Source of the DNA: an uncultured Acidobacteriota bacterium
Lineage (GTDB): Bacteria; Acidobacteriota; Terriglobia; Acidiferrales; UBA7541
Length of the DNA: 64,000 bases
Reading direction: 5' to 3'
Assembly: GCA_963749025.1 (NCBI GenBank)
Contig: CAVVKO010000006.1
Span: forward strand, 157,449 to 221,448
A program made the position numbers and the translations under genes. Every line of letters begins with the position of its first letter. The stretch's first letter is position 1. Below the pieces are notes generated by a model, which was given only the letters and a program-made list of their open reading frames with translations, had not been told where the DNA came from and ran no database searches. Below are positions 1-9,839 of this stretch, piece by piece.

Positions 1-319
1 GCAAAACTGTGAGAACCAGCAGGACGCGGAGGCGCCTCTTGCGTACGGCAAAGATGATAACGGCCATGGCGCACAGCAGGAAGCCAAGCTCCGGCCAAAA
101 GAACCCTGAGCTGAATCCGTCGCTTGTCCACCCGCCTGCGGCGCCTTCGAGCCAGAAGGAAGCGAACGAGGTGGCAGCGGTAAGCACGGCAACGACGGCG
201 CCCGCGAGAGCCATGCCTTTAGCCCAATCGGGCAGCACCCAGTCCCTACGTGCGTCGCGCCAGTCCAGCCACGTCTGCGCGACTACAATACCGACAATGA
301 CCAAAACGAACAGCGCCAC
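1..319 (-). CDS. integral membrane protein, 3' end cut by window edge
   Basis: Absent from the ORF track because it runs off the window. My reverse-strand translation from GTG at 319 reads VALFVLVIVGIVVAQTWLDW...ELGFLLCAMAVIIFAVRKRRLRVLLVLTVL, with several hydrophobic helices. GGAGG lies 5 nt upstream of the GTG. Alternative TTG start at 388. Confidence 0.45.
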   Translation of the reverse strand, partial: MALFVLVIVGIVVAQTWLDWRDARRDWVLPDWAKGMALAGAVVAVLTAATSFASFWLEGAAGGWTSDGFSSGFFWPELGFLLCAMAVIIFAVRKRRLRVLLVLTVL

Positions 320-939
320 GGTTCCCTCCCCAAGCGCGAACCGTTCCGCGAGTCGAGCCTTCGTTCCTGTGCCAACCTGCGTGGACAAGCGCCAAAGGCT
401 CTTTCCGCTAGCCTGGAACGGCCCGAGGGCCGCTGCCGTCGAACCCCTCAGTCCCCGGCCGCATATGCCTATGTGGCCTTGTTTCGACAGACCCTATTGC
501 TTTGTGCTTCTTTAAAGCGACTGCACCCCGAAAAATTGATGTCGCGTGCGATGAAAAGGAGGCATCGGGACCGGTCACCGAAAGTGATGATTCACAGGCG
601 ACACATAATGCTGGCAATCGCCTTACCAAAGGAGCGCCGCAAAGTGTCGCAAGGCTCGAAGCGGTATCTTATAGCAGCAAATAAAGATAATTGTCCATGG
701 AAGGTTGAAGGATCCGGGCGGCGGGAATTTCAGCAGCAGACGTGGCGCTTGGGGCAACGCATTGTCTTGTTTGGGAAACAATTTGCACTATTACTTCTGA
801 GGTAACTCGCGGCCTTCGAGTCGTCCGCACACTGACCGGGCTCCAGAAATGCGCGAGGGGCGCCAGGTTGCTACTTGCATCACGCCCTCGTGCGCCTGCG
901 GTGGCTCTGCGCGAGGAATCTGCTACGATAGCGGCGGTC

Positions 940-1674
940 ATGCGAAAACCTTGGGTCATCGCGCACCGTGGAGCCTCGGGTTATGCTCCGGAGAATACGC
1001 TGGCGGCATTCGAGCGAGCAGTGCAATTGGGCGCGACGTTTATCGAGACCGATCTTCATTTGACGCGCGACGCGCGGTTTGTCGCGATCCACGACGCCAC
1101 ACTGGAACGCACCACCAACGGGAAAGGGTCGGTGCACGATTTCACGCTGGCGGAGCTCAAGCGGCTGGACGCGGGGATGTGGTACGACCGCGAGTACATG
1201 GGCCAGCGCATCCCGACACTTGACGAAGTGCTGGAATTCGCGCGCAAGAATGACGTGATTTTCTATCTGGAAGTGAAGTACGACGCGGCTTGGGGCATGC
1301 ACCATTCGCTGGCCGCGGCGCTGCAGAAGGCGGAGAATGCGGCGCGAACGATCGTGATCTCGTTCGATCAGACAACACTTGCGGCCCTGCGGCGAATTGA
1401 CGCCTCCATCATGATGGGCTTGCTCGCCGATCAGCCGAATACCGACCACGTGAAAGCTGGGCTGGAGTTGGGCGTGAGGCAGCTTTGCCCGAAGTCCTCG
1501 CTCGTGACGGAGGAACTCGTCGAGCGGGCTCACGGCGCGGATTTGCAGGTGGCGACGTGGACGGTGGACGACCCGAACGATATGCGCACAGTGATTGCGG
1601 CGGGAGTCGATGGTGTGATGACGAACTTTCCGGACAGGCTCGGCGCCGTGATTGAAGACGCGCAACCAAAGTAG
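940..1674 (+). CDS. glycerophosphodiester phosphodiesterase (GDPD family)
   Basis: VIAHRGASGYAPENTLAAFERAVQLGATFIETDLHLTRDARFVAIHD is the classic GDPD N-terminal HR..E.D.H motif. Start moved to the internal ATG (MRKPWVIAHRG); the upstream 66 codons of the ORF look non-coding. Confidence 0.85.
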   Translation: MRKPWVIAHRGASGYAPENTLAAFERAVQLGATFIETDLHLTRDARFVAIHDATLERTTNGKGSVHDFTLAELKRLDAGMWYDREYMGQRIPTLDEVLEFARKNDVIFYLEVKYDAAWGMHHSLAAALQKAENAARTIVISFDQTTLAALRRIDASIMMGLLADQPNTDHVKAGLELGVRQLCPKSSLVTEELVERAHGADLQVATWTVDDPNDMRTVIAAGVDGVMTNFPDRLGAVIEDAQPK

Positions 1675-1698
1675 CGTTGAACCGGCCTGGCTCCTTTC

Positions 1699-2487
1699 CT
1701 ACGATACCTGCGCGAACAAGGAAGCAAACTGCGCGAGCGTGAGTTGCTCGGCGCGAGCGTCCGGCCGGGCTCCGCAAGCAGCGAGAGCTTCCTGAATACG
1801 ATCGCCGGTTGCCATCGCGCGCAAGTTATTCCGCAGCGTTTTGCGTTTCTGCCCGAAGCATTCCTGCACGAATTCCAGAAAGCGTTTTTCATCGGGGACG
1901 CCGAGAGAGGCTCGTTCGCCGGGCAGAGACATCTGCACCAGAGCCGAATTGACGCGAGGCGGCGGGCGAAACGCGCCCGGCGGAATGCGCAGAGCGATTT
2001 GCGGCTTGGCATAGAACTGAGAGAACGCCGAAAGATAGCCGTGCTCGCTGCGGCCCGGCGGCGCGACGATTCGCTGGGCGACTTCGAGCTGAATCACGAT
2101 GTGGATCGACGCGATTCGATCGGCGCAATCGAAGAGGCGATGCAGAATGGGAGAAGTGATGTAGTACGGCAGGTTGCCGTAAGCGCGAAATTTCCCGCCG
2201 GCAAGTTTTCCCAGGTCGACGGTGAGGACGTCTTGCGAGACGATCTCGACGCCCGGCCAATCGCCAGGGCGCGACAGGACCTTTTGCTGCAGGTCTTCCG
2301 CGAGGCGCGCGTCGGCTTCGATGGCGATGACGCGGCGGCCATTCCCGGCCAGCAGTTGCGTCATTTCGCCGTGCCCCGCGCCGATTTCGATCCAAGTTTC
2401 GCCCGCAGTGGGCGAGAGAGTTTTCAGGATGCGCCGGCGCCATCCGGAATCTCCGAGAAAATGCTGTCCCATACGCTGCCGGGCCAT
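1699..2487 (-). CDS. rsmA: 16S rRNA (adenine1518/1519-N6)-dimethyltransferase
   Basis: N-terminus RMGQHFL plus SAM-binding motif IEIGAGHGEMT, typical KsgA/RsmA length (262 aa). Confidence 0.9.
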   Translation of the reverse strand: MARQRMGQHFLGDSGWRRRILKTLSPTAGETWIEIGAGHGEMTQLLAGNGRRVIAIEADARLAEDLQQKVLSRPGDWPGVEIVSQDVLTVDLGKLAGGKFRAYGNLPYYITSPILHRLFDCADRIASIHIVIQLEVAQRIVAPPGRSEHGYLSAFSQFYAKPQIALRIPPGAFRPPPRVNSALVQMSLPGERASLGVPDEKRFLEFVQECFGQKRKTLRNNLRAMATGDRIQEALAACGARPDARAEQLTLAQFASLFAQVS

Positions 2488-2633
2488 GATGGTGCCGAGT
2501 GTAGCAATGCGGCGCGGCGAGCGGCGAACAAATCATGCTGCGAAACGAGCGTGGCGGGTTCGCGCTCAACGAAGATTGGCTCCTTGACGACGGGCAGCCG
2601 TTCCGCTACCGTTTTTTATTCGGTCGAGGCGCG

Positions 2634-4112
2634 ATGAAAATTCTATTTGTGGCTTCGGAAGGACTGCCGTACTCGAAGACGGGCGGCCTGGCGGACGTGG
2701 TGGAAGCGCTGCCCAAGGCGCTGGTGGAAATGGGGCACGCGGTTGCCGTCCTTCTGCCGCGCTACCGGGGCAATAAGGTAACCTCCACGCTGGTTTCGAG
2801 CGTCACGGTTGCGCTCGGCAACACCCTGCGTTTTCCCTCGATCGCGGAAGGGAAATCGGTCGCGGGCGTGCGCTACTTTTTCGTGGACGATCCGGCCTAC
2901 TTCGACCGCGAGCAACTTTACGGCGACAAATCCGGAGATTACCCGGACAATGCCGAACGCTTTTGCGAGTTTTCGCGCGTGGCAATTGAATTTGCCAAGC
3001 GCGTATTGCTGCCCGACGTGATTCATTGCCACGACTGGCAGACGGCGCTGGTACCGGTTCTGCTGCGGACGCAACATGCGACCGATCCGGCGGTGCGGTC
3101 GCTTCCGGTCGTGTTTACGATCCACAACATCGGCTATCAGGGGCTGTTTAAGCAAGCCGCGCTCCGCAAAATAGGCTTGCCTGAAAGTTTGTTCGCGATT
3201 GATGCGCTCGAATTCTACGGCGGAGTGAACTTTCTCAAAGGCGGGCTGCTCTTTGCCGATTACCTGACGACGGTAAGCCGCCGCTACGCGAAGGAAATTC
3301 AGACGCCGGAATACGGCTCGGGGCTCGAAGGCGTGATCGCCCAGCGCGCCGACCGGCTGGTGGGGATTTTGAACGGAGTGGACTACTCTATTTGGAGTCC
3401 TGAAGCGGACACGCTGATCGCGCAGAATTATTCAGTGCATAATCTGGAGGGCAAAAGAGTTTGCAAGAAGGATTTGCTTGGAATATTCCGGCTGCCGGCG
3501 GAGAAACCGGAAGACCTGCAGCGGCCGGTTATCGGGATCGTTTCGCGATTCGTGGATCAAAAGGGATTCGATTTGATTGCGCAGGTGGCCCACGAGCTGA
3601 TGAATGAAAACATATCGCTCGTGGCGCTGGGCGCTGGGCAGCCTGAATACGAAAAGCTGTTCAAATTGCTCGCGGAGAAGTATCCGGGCCGCGTGGGCGT
3701 GAAAATCGGCTATGACAACGCACTCGCGCACAAGATTGAAGCGGGAGCGGACATGTTCCTGATGCCGTCGCGCTACGAACCTTGCGGGCTGAATCAGATA
3801 TATAGCCTGCGATATGGTACTGTTCCGCTGGTGCGCGCCACGGGCGGACTGGACGATACGATTGAGAACTTCGACCCGAAGACGCGGCAGGGAACCGGCT
3901 TCAAGTTTGAGGCCTACGATGGCAACGCGCTTTTGAGGTGCGTGCGGACGGCGCTGGGCGTGTATCGCGAGCCGAAACTGTGGTACGCGGTGCAGAAGAA
4001 CGGCATGGCCAAGGATTTTTCATGGAAGGCTTCGGCGGCGGCTTATGTCACAGTATATGAAGCCGCTAAGAAATCCAGAATCCCGCGGGGTGCTGGATCA
4101 TCTAAACGTTAA
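2634..4112 (+). CDS. glgA: glycogen synthase (ADP-glucose type)
   Basis: MKILFVASEGLPYSKTGGLADVVEALPKAL is the canonical GlgA N-terminus; C-terminal FLMPSRYEPCGLNQIY motif. Start set at the internal ATG 2634. Confidence 0.9.
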   Translation: MKILFVASEGLPYSKTGGLADVVEALPKALVEMGHAVAVLLPRYRGNKVTSTLVSSVTVALGNTLRFPSIAEGKSVAGVRYFFVDDPAYFDREQLYGDKSGDYPDNAERFCEFSRVAIEFAKRVLLPDVIHCHDWQTALVPVLLRTQHATDPAVRSLPVVFTIHNIGYQGLFKQAALRKIGLPESLFAIDALEFYGGVNFLKGGLLFADYLTTVSRRYAKEIQTPEYGSGLEGVIAQRADRLVGILNGVDYSIWSPEADTLIAQNYSVHNLEGKRVCKKDLLGIFRLPAEKPEDLQRPVIGIVSRFVDQKGFDLIAQVAHELMNENISLVALGAGQPEYEKLFKLLAEKYPGRVGVKIGYDNALAHKIEAGADMFLMPSRYEPCGLNQIYSLRYGTVPLVRATGGLDDTIENFDPKTRQGTGFKFEAYDGNALLRCVRTALGVYREPKLWYAVQKNGMAKDFSWKASAAAYVTVYEAAKKSRIPRGAGSSKR

Positions 4113-4163
4113 AGCTCAGAACCGGCTGCTCCTGGCGGACGGGGATGCGCCCAAGGGAAAAAA

Positions 4164-4499
4164 ATGTCAGAAAACATTCAAGCGGTAAGCGACGCGAGCT
4201 TTGACGCGGACGTGATTGAAGCGAGCAAGACGCAGCCGGTCCTCGTGGATTTTTGGGCGGACTGGTGCCGCCCGTGCCACATGCTGACGCCCACGGTGGA
4301 AGAAATCGCGCGGGAGCATGCCGGCAAACTCAAAGTGGTGAAGCTGAACGTGGACGAGAACATCAACGCCGCGGGCAAATTCAATATTCGCGGCATACCG
4401 ACCCTGCTCGTGTTCAAGGGCGGACAAGTGGCCGATCAGATTGTCGGCGCAGTGCCCAAAGAACAGATTGTGAAAGTCCTCGAACGCCACCTCTCGTAA
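4164..4499 (+). CDS. trxA: thioredoxin
   Basis: 111 aa, VLVDFWADWCRPCHMLTP active-site region and GIPTLLVFKGG cis-Pro loop. The active site is CRPC rather than CGPC. Confidence 0.9.
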   Translation: MSENIQAVSDASFDADVIEASKTQPVLVDFWADWCRPCHMLTPTVEEIAREHAGKLKVVKLNVDENINAAGKFNIRGIPTLLVFKGGQVADQIVGAVPKEQIVKVLERHLS

Positions 4500-4511
4500 G
4501 GGAATCGTCGA

Positions 4512-4742
4512 ATGGAACCCGCACAATCACCTGCGCCCGCGCAGGGGTGCGCCGCGGAGCAGAAATCATGCGCGGCGTGCGGGGAGAAGTTCGCCTGTTC
4601 AGCCTCGGCGGAGCACTGCTGGTGCAAGGACGTGAAGGTAGGCGCCCAAGTTCTGACCGCGCTGCGCGCACGTTACGCGGATTGCCTGTGCCCGCGATGC
4701 CTGGCTTCTGCAGCCTCGGGTGACGAGGGGATTTCGGCGTGA
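4512..4742 (+). CDS. cysteine-rich CWC family small protein
   Basis: 76 aa with CxxC...C...CWC...CLCPRC cysteine pattern. The stop overlaps the GTG start of tag (GTGA). Confidence 0.55.
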   Translation: MEPAQSPAPAQGCAAEQKSCAACGEKFACSASAEHCWCKDVKVGAQVLTALRARYADCLCPRCLASAASGDEGISA

Positions 4743-5308
4743 AGGACGCTGCCCGCGATGCGACGCGCCGCTGCCGCTGGGCGCAGAGTCCGCTCATGAT
4801 TGAGTATCACGATCGCGAATGGGGCAAGCCTGTTCACGAAGACCAGCGGCTCTTCGAGTTCCTGATTCTCGAGGGAGCGCAGGCGGGGTTGAGCTGGGAA
4901 ACCATCCTCAAGAAGCGCGAGAACTACCGCAAGGCGTTCGACCGTTTTGATGCGTCGAAGATTGCGCGCTACGATCGCCGCAAAGTCCGCAAACTTCTGG
5001 CTGACCCGGGCATCGTGCGCAACCGACTGAAGATTGCATCAACAATTTCGAATGCCCGGGCGTTTCTTGCTGTTCGAGACGAATTTGGGAGCTTCGACCG
5101 TTACATTTGGCAATTCGCCGGCGAACAGCCAAAGAAAACCAAAGCTCGGCCGTCGCAAAAAATTCCCGCATTCACTGCCGAATCCGACGCCATGAGCAAG
5201 GACCTGAAACGCCGCGGCTTCCGGTTTGTCGGCTCGACTATTTGTTACGCCTTCATGCAAGCGACCGGCATGGTGAACGACCATGCGCACGACTGTTTTG
5301 CCCGGTAA
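4739..5308 (+). CDS. tag: DNA-3-methyladenine glycosylase I
   Basis: RRCRWAQSPLMIEYHDREWGKP...LILEGAQAGLSWETILKKRENYRKAF...FVGSTICYAFMQATGMVNDH aligns along its full length with E. coli Tag as I remember it. Confidence 0.9.
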   Translation: MKDAARDATRRCRWAQSPLMIEYHDREWGKPVHEDQRLFEFLILEGAQAGLSWETILKKRENYRKAFDRFDASKIARYDRRKVRKLLADPGIVRNRLKIASTISNARAFLAVRDEFGSFDRYIWQFAGEQPKKTKARPSQKIPAFTAESDAMSKDLKRRGFRFVGSTICYAFMQATGMVNDHAHDCFAR

Positions 5309-5432
5309 CTTGAAATAGAACGATGTCGCGGCCTGCGCTTGCGTTCGAAGCGAGCGGGGCGTAGCATCAGGTTTTGTGGCCTGGCACGCAAGCCCTCCTG
5401 TAAAGCTTATCGATTGAAATGGAGCGGGGAGG

Positions 5433-6779
5433 GTGCGGCCTGACGAAGGGCGGGTAGCGCGGGTGGCGGACAGGCAGCGAACAAAAGCGATCGTGGTGGT
5501 CGGCGCGCAGTGGGGCGACGAGGGCAAAGGGAAAGTCGTCGACTACCTGGCCTCGTCGTTTGACTACACCGCACGCTACGCAGGGGGCCACAACGCGGGC
5601 CACACGGTGATTTTTGATGGCCGTCGTTTCGTCCTGCAACTCATTCCCAGCGGCATCCTCCGTCCGAATAAGAAAGCTGTGATTGGCGCGGGAACGGTGG
5701 TGGATCCCGCAGCGCTCGTCACCGAACTGGATAACCTGAAAAAATTGGGGGTTGAAGTGCGCGGGCGATTGTTCCTGAGCAATCGGGCGCACGTGATTTT
5801 TCCCTATCATCGCGAGATGGATAAGGCCGCGGAATCGGCGCGCGGAGCAGCCAAGATTGGGACCACCTCGCGGGGCATTGGTCCGGCTTACGAAGACAAA
5901 ATGGCGCGGCGGGGAATTCGCGTTTGCGATTTGCTCGATACCGATCGGTTCGCGGAGAAACTCGAGCGCGTGATCGCGGAGAAAAATGCGATCAGCCAGG
6001 CTACGTACGGCCATCCACTCGAAACTGCCGGGTTACTGGAGCAGTATCTGGAATTGGCGGCGCATATCCGAGGCCTGGTGGTGGATACGGGCGTGCTGTT
6101 GAATAACGCGCTGGATAAGGGCGAAGCGGTGCTGTTTGAAGGCGCGCAGGGCACCATGCTCGATATCGATCATGGAACGTATCCGTTCGTGACCTCTTCG
6201 AATGCGACTTCGGGAGGCGTGGCCACCGGTTTGGGCGTGGCGCCAGCACGGCTTACCGGCGTGGTCGGCGTGACCAAGGCATACACAACGCGCGTCGGCA
6301 GCGGGCCGTTTCCGACCGAGATGCCGGATCTCGATGCGGAGACTGTCCGCGAGAGGGGCAAGGAATTTGGCGCGGTTACGGGACGCCCGCGGCGCTGCGG
6401 CTGGCTGGACCTTTTCGAGCTGCGTTTTGCGAAGATGCTCAACGGCATCGATTCGCTGGTGGTGACGAAACTCGACGTCTTCGACGCGCAGCGCGAGATT
6501 AAAGTTTGCACGGGCTACCGGTACAAGGGCCGGGAGCTCAGCGAAATGCCTGCGGACGTGGAAACTCTGGGGCAGGTCGAGCCCGAGTACAAAACACTGC
6601 CGGGCTGGCAGAAGCCCACGCCGGGAATTCGCGACGTGATGGAATTGCCGCTGGCCGCGCGCGACTACTTGAATTTTATCTCCGACCAACTTCAGGTTGA
6701 AATCGGTATGATTTCGAGCGGCCCGGAACGCGATGCGACGATTGTCCCGCGGGGAACGAAGCTCGCATCCTGGCTGTAG
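5433..6779 (+). CDS. purA: adenylosuccinate synthase
   Basis: VVVGAQWGDEGKGKVVDYL P-loop, GTTSRGIGPAYEDK, GRPRRCGWLD. GTG start with GGAG 8 nt upstream; alternative GTG at 5463. Confidence 0.9.
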   Translation: MRPDEGRVARVADRQRTKAIVVVGAQWGDEGKGKVVDYLASSFDYTARYAGGHNAGHTVIFDGRRFVLQLIPSGILRPNKKAVIGAGTVVDPAALVTELDNLKKLGVEVRGRLFLSNRAHVIFPYHREMDKAAESARGAAKIGTTSRGIGPAYEDKMARRGIRVCDLLDTDRFAEKLERVIAEKNAISQATYGHPLETAGLLEQYLELAAHIRGLVVDTGVLLNNALDKGEAVLFEGAQGTMLDIDHGTYPFVTSSNATSGGVATGLGVAPARLTGVVGVTKAYTTRVGSGPFPTEMPDLDAETVRERGKEFGAVTGRPRRCGWLDLFELRFAKMLNGIDSLVVTKLDVFDAQREIKVCTGYRYKGRELSEMPADVETLGQVEPEYKTLPGWQKPTPGIRDVMELPLAARDYLNFISDQLQVEIGMISSGPERDATIVPRGTKLASWL

Positions 6780-6787
6780 ACAACTCC

Positions 6788-8020
6788 ATGCTTTCCTACG
6801 AAGCGGCACGCGCGAAGGTGATCGAATTGATGCGCGCGCAGCCCTGCGCTCCTCCCCCGGCCACTCAATCAATCGGATTTGCGGACGATCCCTCGCGGGT
6901 TCTTGGACGCATCCTCGCTGAGAATATTATTGCCGACCGAAACTATCCGCCCTTTGACCGTGCGACGCGTGATGGGTTTGCCGTGCGCGCGGCCGATGCG
7001 GTGAATCCCGGCACTCGCTTGCGATTGATAGGCGAAAGCCGCGCGGGCCGTGCATTCGAAGGGCACATGGAAGCTGGCGCCTGCGTGCAGATCATGACCG
7101 GCGCGCCGTTGCCGCGAGGAGCGAATGCGGTGGTGATGCTGGAGAACTCGCGCGTCGAGGGTGATTCGGTTGTGTTTGAGCATGGAGTTCGCGTGGGACA
7201 ACACTACGTGGTGGAAGGGCAGGAAACGCGCGCGGGAGAGAGTGTGGTCAAGCGCGGCACGCGACTCGGCTACGCAGAGTTGGCGATGGCGGCGCAAGTG
7301 GGAAGGTCGGAAGTGGTCGTGGCGAAGAAGCCCCGAGTGGCGATCCTGTCCACGGGAGACGAAATCGTTGGCGTAAATCACGCGCTCGGGCCATTTCAAA
7401 TTCGGAACAGCAACAGCATCTCGCTCGCCGCGCAAGTGTCGCTAGCTGGCGGAGAACCATTGATGCTCGGGAACGCGCCGGATAATGTCGGCGATTTACG
7501 CGCGCACATCGAACGGGCGCTTGAGGCGGACGTCGTGATTCTGACCGGGGGAGTGTCGGTCGGGAAGTACGATCTAGTTGAAGGCGTGCTGAAAGAGATG
7601 GGCGCCCAATTCTTCTTTGACGCGGTGGCAATCCGCCCGGGCCGCCCGGCTGTATTCGGCGTCTGCAACGAAAAGCCGGTGTTCGGTCTGCCGGGGAATC
7701 CGGTTTCGACCATGGTGACGTTTGAGCTGCTGGTTGTTCCGGCGATCGAACTCTTCAGCGGCCACACTCCTCACCCGCTGCCGATTTTCAAGGCGAAACT
7801 GGCGCATCCGATCGACGAAAAACCGCACCTGGCACATTTTCTTCCGGCGCGCGTGACTTGGCCGGACGGCGAGCCGACGGTGGCGGCGCTGCACTGGGAA
7901 GGTTCGGGCGATGTGGGCTCCGTTGTGCGAGGAAATTGTTTTCTGGTGATACACGAATCGAAACTGAAGTTCGAAGCCGGCGAACTCGCGGACGTTTTGC
8001 CGCGTCGCGGGCTTTTCTAG
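6788..8020 (+). CDS. moeA: molybdopterin molybdenumtransferase
   Basis: 410 aa, MoeA-like architecture with the central MoCF-binding domain (ILSTGDEI...VILTGGVSVGKYD). Confidence 0.88.
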   Translation: MLSYEAARAKVIELMRAQPCAPPPATQSIGFADDPSRVLGRILAENIIADRNYPPFDRATRDGFAVRAADAVNPGTRLRLIGESRAGRAFEGHMEAGACVQIMTGAPLPRGANAVVMLENSRVEGDSVVFEHGVRVGQHYVVEGQETRAGESVVKRGTRLGYAELAMAAQVGRSEVVVAKKPRVAILSTGDEIVGVNHALGPFQIRNSNSISLAAQVSLAGGEPLMLGNAPDNVGDLRAHIERALEADVVILTGGVSVGKYDLVEGVLKEMGAQFFFDAVAIRPGRPAVFGVCNEKPVFGLPGNPVSTMVTFELLVVPAIELFSGHTPHPLPIFKAKLAHPIDEKPHLAHFLPARVTWPDGEPTVAALHWEGSGDVGSVVRGNCFLVIHESKLKFEAGELADVLPRRGLF

Positions 8021-8031
8021 GCGTTGGATAA

Positions 8032-8520
8032 GTGAAAAAACTCTCGCATTACGACGAAAAAGGGCGCGTGCGCATGGTGGACGTTACCGCGAAGGCGTCA
8101 ACAGCGCGCACAGCTGTGGCGCACGCGTTCATACGCATGCAACGCGGGACGGTGGCGAGCGTGCGGCGGCTGAAATCGCCCAAGGGAAACCCGCTTGAGA
8201 TCGCGCGAATCGCCGGAATCACCGCTGCCAAGCGCACAGCGGAGCTGATTCCACTTTGTCATCCCCTCTCATTGACTCACGTGGATGTGAACGCGAAGCT
8301 GTGCCAGAATGGAATTGAGGTCACTTCCGAGGCTACGGCCACGGGACCAACGGGCGTCGAGATGGAAGCGCTCGTGGCTGCGGCAGTGGCCGCGCTTACG
8401 ATTTACGACATGTGCAAAGCTCTGGAACGCGGCATGGAAATCACGGACCTCTATCTCGTGAAAAAGTCGGGCGGGCGCAGCGGCGAGTACAAGCGCGCGG
8501 CGAAGCGTGCGAAGCCATGA
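8032..8520 (+). CDS. moaC: cyclic pyranopterin monophosphate synthase
   Basis: LSHYDEKGRVRMVDVTAK...IPLCHPL...GVEMEALVAAAVAALTIYDMCKA are MoaC signatures; GTG start. Confidence 0.9.
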   Translation: MKKLSHYDEKGRVRMVDVTAKASTARTAVAHAFIRMQRGTVASVRRLKSPKGNPLEIARIAGITAAKRTAELIPLCHPLSLTHVDVNAKLCQNGIEVTSEATATGPTGVEMEALVAAAVAALTIYDMCKALERGMEITDLYLVKKSGGRSGEYKRAAKRAKP

Positions 8521-9281
8521 CACCGCTCAAGGACGTGAAAGTCCTGGTGGTGGACGATAACGCGCTGATCCTCGATCTCTTGATGAAGGGATTGATGCCG
8601 CACTGCGATGCGCGCGCCGCCGCCGATGGCGCCGATGCCCTCCTGAAAATCGTGGACGATCCGCCGGACCTGGTGGTTTGCGACTACCGCATGCCCGGAC
8701 TCGACGGCCGGCAGCTCTACGAAAAACTGCGCGGCCGGCAACAGACCAAGCTTATTCCGTTTATTTTCCTCGCCAGCCGCAGCGACATCGAAGAAAAACT
8801 GCGGCCCATCGTTGAGGGCGTAGAAGAATTCATCCCCAAGCCATTTTTTCTGAAGGACCTCGTCCGCCGCGCGAAAAAAGTGGTGGACCGGCTGCAGCTC
8901 GAAAAGCTGCAAAAGCGCCAGGTACGTCCGGGCGTGATTCAGGGGCGGCTCGAGGAAATGAGCATCATGGATTTGATGCAGTCACTCGAAATGGGACAGA
9001 AGTCCTGCCAGCTATCGATCCGGCGCGGCGACGAAACCTGCGAGCTGTTTTTTTCCGGGGGCCAATGCAAGGACGCGCGGTTCGGCTCGGTCGAGGGGGA
9101 AGCGGCCGTGTTTCAAGCGGTGCGCTGGCCGGACGGCGAATTTGAAATTGATTTCAACGCGGCGCCGGCGCGCTCCACGATTTCGCGGACGACGACCGGC
9201 CTCTTGATGGAAGCGCTGCGCCTGGTGGACGAAGAGCAACATCAGGGCGAAAGTGAAGACGCCGAAGTCACCGAAGGATAA
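8517..9281 (+). CDS. response regulator, receiver domain fused to a DUF4388-like domain
   Basis: The receiver has VLVVDDN, the phospho-acceptor context VVCDYRMPGLDG, FLAS and PKPF. The C-terminal segment IMDLMQSLEMGQKSCQLSIRRGDETCELFFSGGQCKDARFGSVEGEAAVFQAVRWPDGEFEIDF matches my memory of the DUF4388 pattern. The ATG overlaps the moaC stop (ATGA). Confidence 0.8.
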   Translation: MTPLKDVKVLVVDDNALILDLLMKGLMPHCDARAAADGADALLKIVDDPPDLVVCDYRMPGLDGRQLYEKLRGRQQTKLIPFIFLASRSDIEEKLRPIVEGVEEFIPKPFFLKDLVRRAKKVVDRLQLEKLQKRQVRPGVIQGRLEEMSIMDLMQSLEMGQKSCQLSIRRGDETCELFFSGGQCKDARFGSVEGEAAVFQAVRWPDGEFEIDFNAAPARSTISRTTTGLLMEALRLVDEEQHQGESEDAEVTEG

Positions 9282-9300
9282 GCAAGCAATCCCTCCCGCC

Positions 9301-9789
9301 ATGCGCGTTTCTGTCCTCACCATCAGCGATTCCGTAAGCAGCGGCAAGAGCGAAGACCGCTCGGGGCCCGCCGTCGTTGCACGTTGCAAAGAGCTCGGCT
9401 GGCAAATCGTGGCGTCGGCTGTTGTGCCTGACGAACGCGCCGCAATCGAGACCTATCTTAAAAAAGCCTCCGAATCGAATGCCGCGGATTTGATCCTCAC
9501 GACAGGCGGAACCGGAGTCGGACCGCGCGACGTGACGCCCGAGGCTACAATCGCCGTCGCCGAGCGGCTCATCCCGGGATTCTCGGAACGGATGCGCTCG
9601 GAAGGAGCGAAGAAATTTTCCCGCGCGATCCTGTCGCGCGGAGTCGCCGGCATTTGCGGTGAATCCATAATCATCAATCTTCCCGGCAGTCCCCGCGGCG
9701 CGGTCGATTCGCTCGACACGATCGCCGATCTGCTGCCCCATGCAATCGCAGTCCTGCACGGCGCGCGCCACGAAACTGAACACACCTAG
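9301..9789 (+). CDS. mogA: molybdopterin adenylyltransferase, MogA/MoaB family
   Basis: VSVLTISDSVSSGKSEDRSGP, LILTTGGTGVGPRDVTPEA, PGFSERMR...ILSRGVAG...IINLPGSP follow the MogA pattern. Confidence 0.85.
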   Translation: MRVSVLTISDSVSSGKSEDRSGPAVVARCKELGWQIVASAVVPDERAAIETYLKKASESNAADLILTTGGTGVGPRDVTPEATIAVAERLIPGFSERMRSEGAKKFSRAILSRGVAGICGESIIINLPGSPRGAVDSLDTIADLLPHAIAVLHGARHETEHT

Positions 9790-9839
9790 ATTTACGAAGT
9801 TTGTCGCCTGCCGCTTCGTTCGCGTATAATCCGCGCGAA

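Noticed and set aside
9-515. 168-aa plus-strand ORF at the window start
   Set aside because: It is Ser/Thr/Ala/Arg/Pro-rich with no domain-like pattern. It lies antisense to a reverse-strand frame that encodes clean hydrophobic helices and has a GGAGG site, so I called the reverse-strand gene instead.
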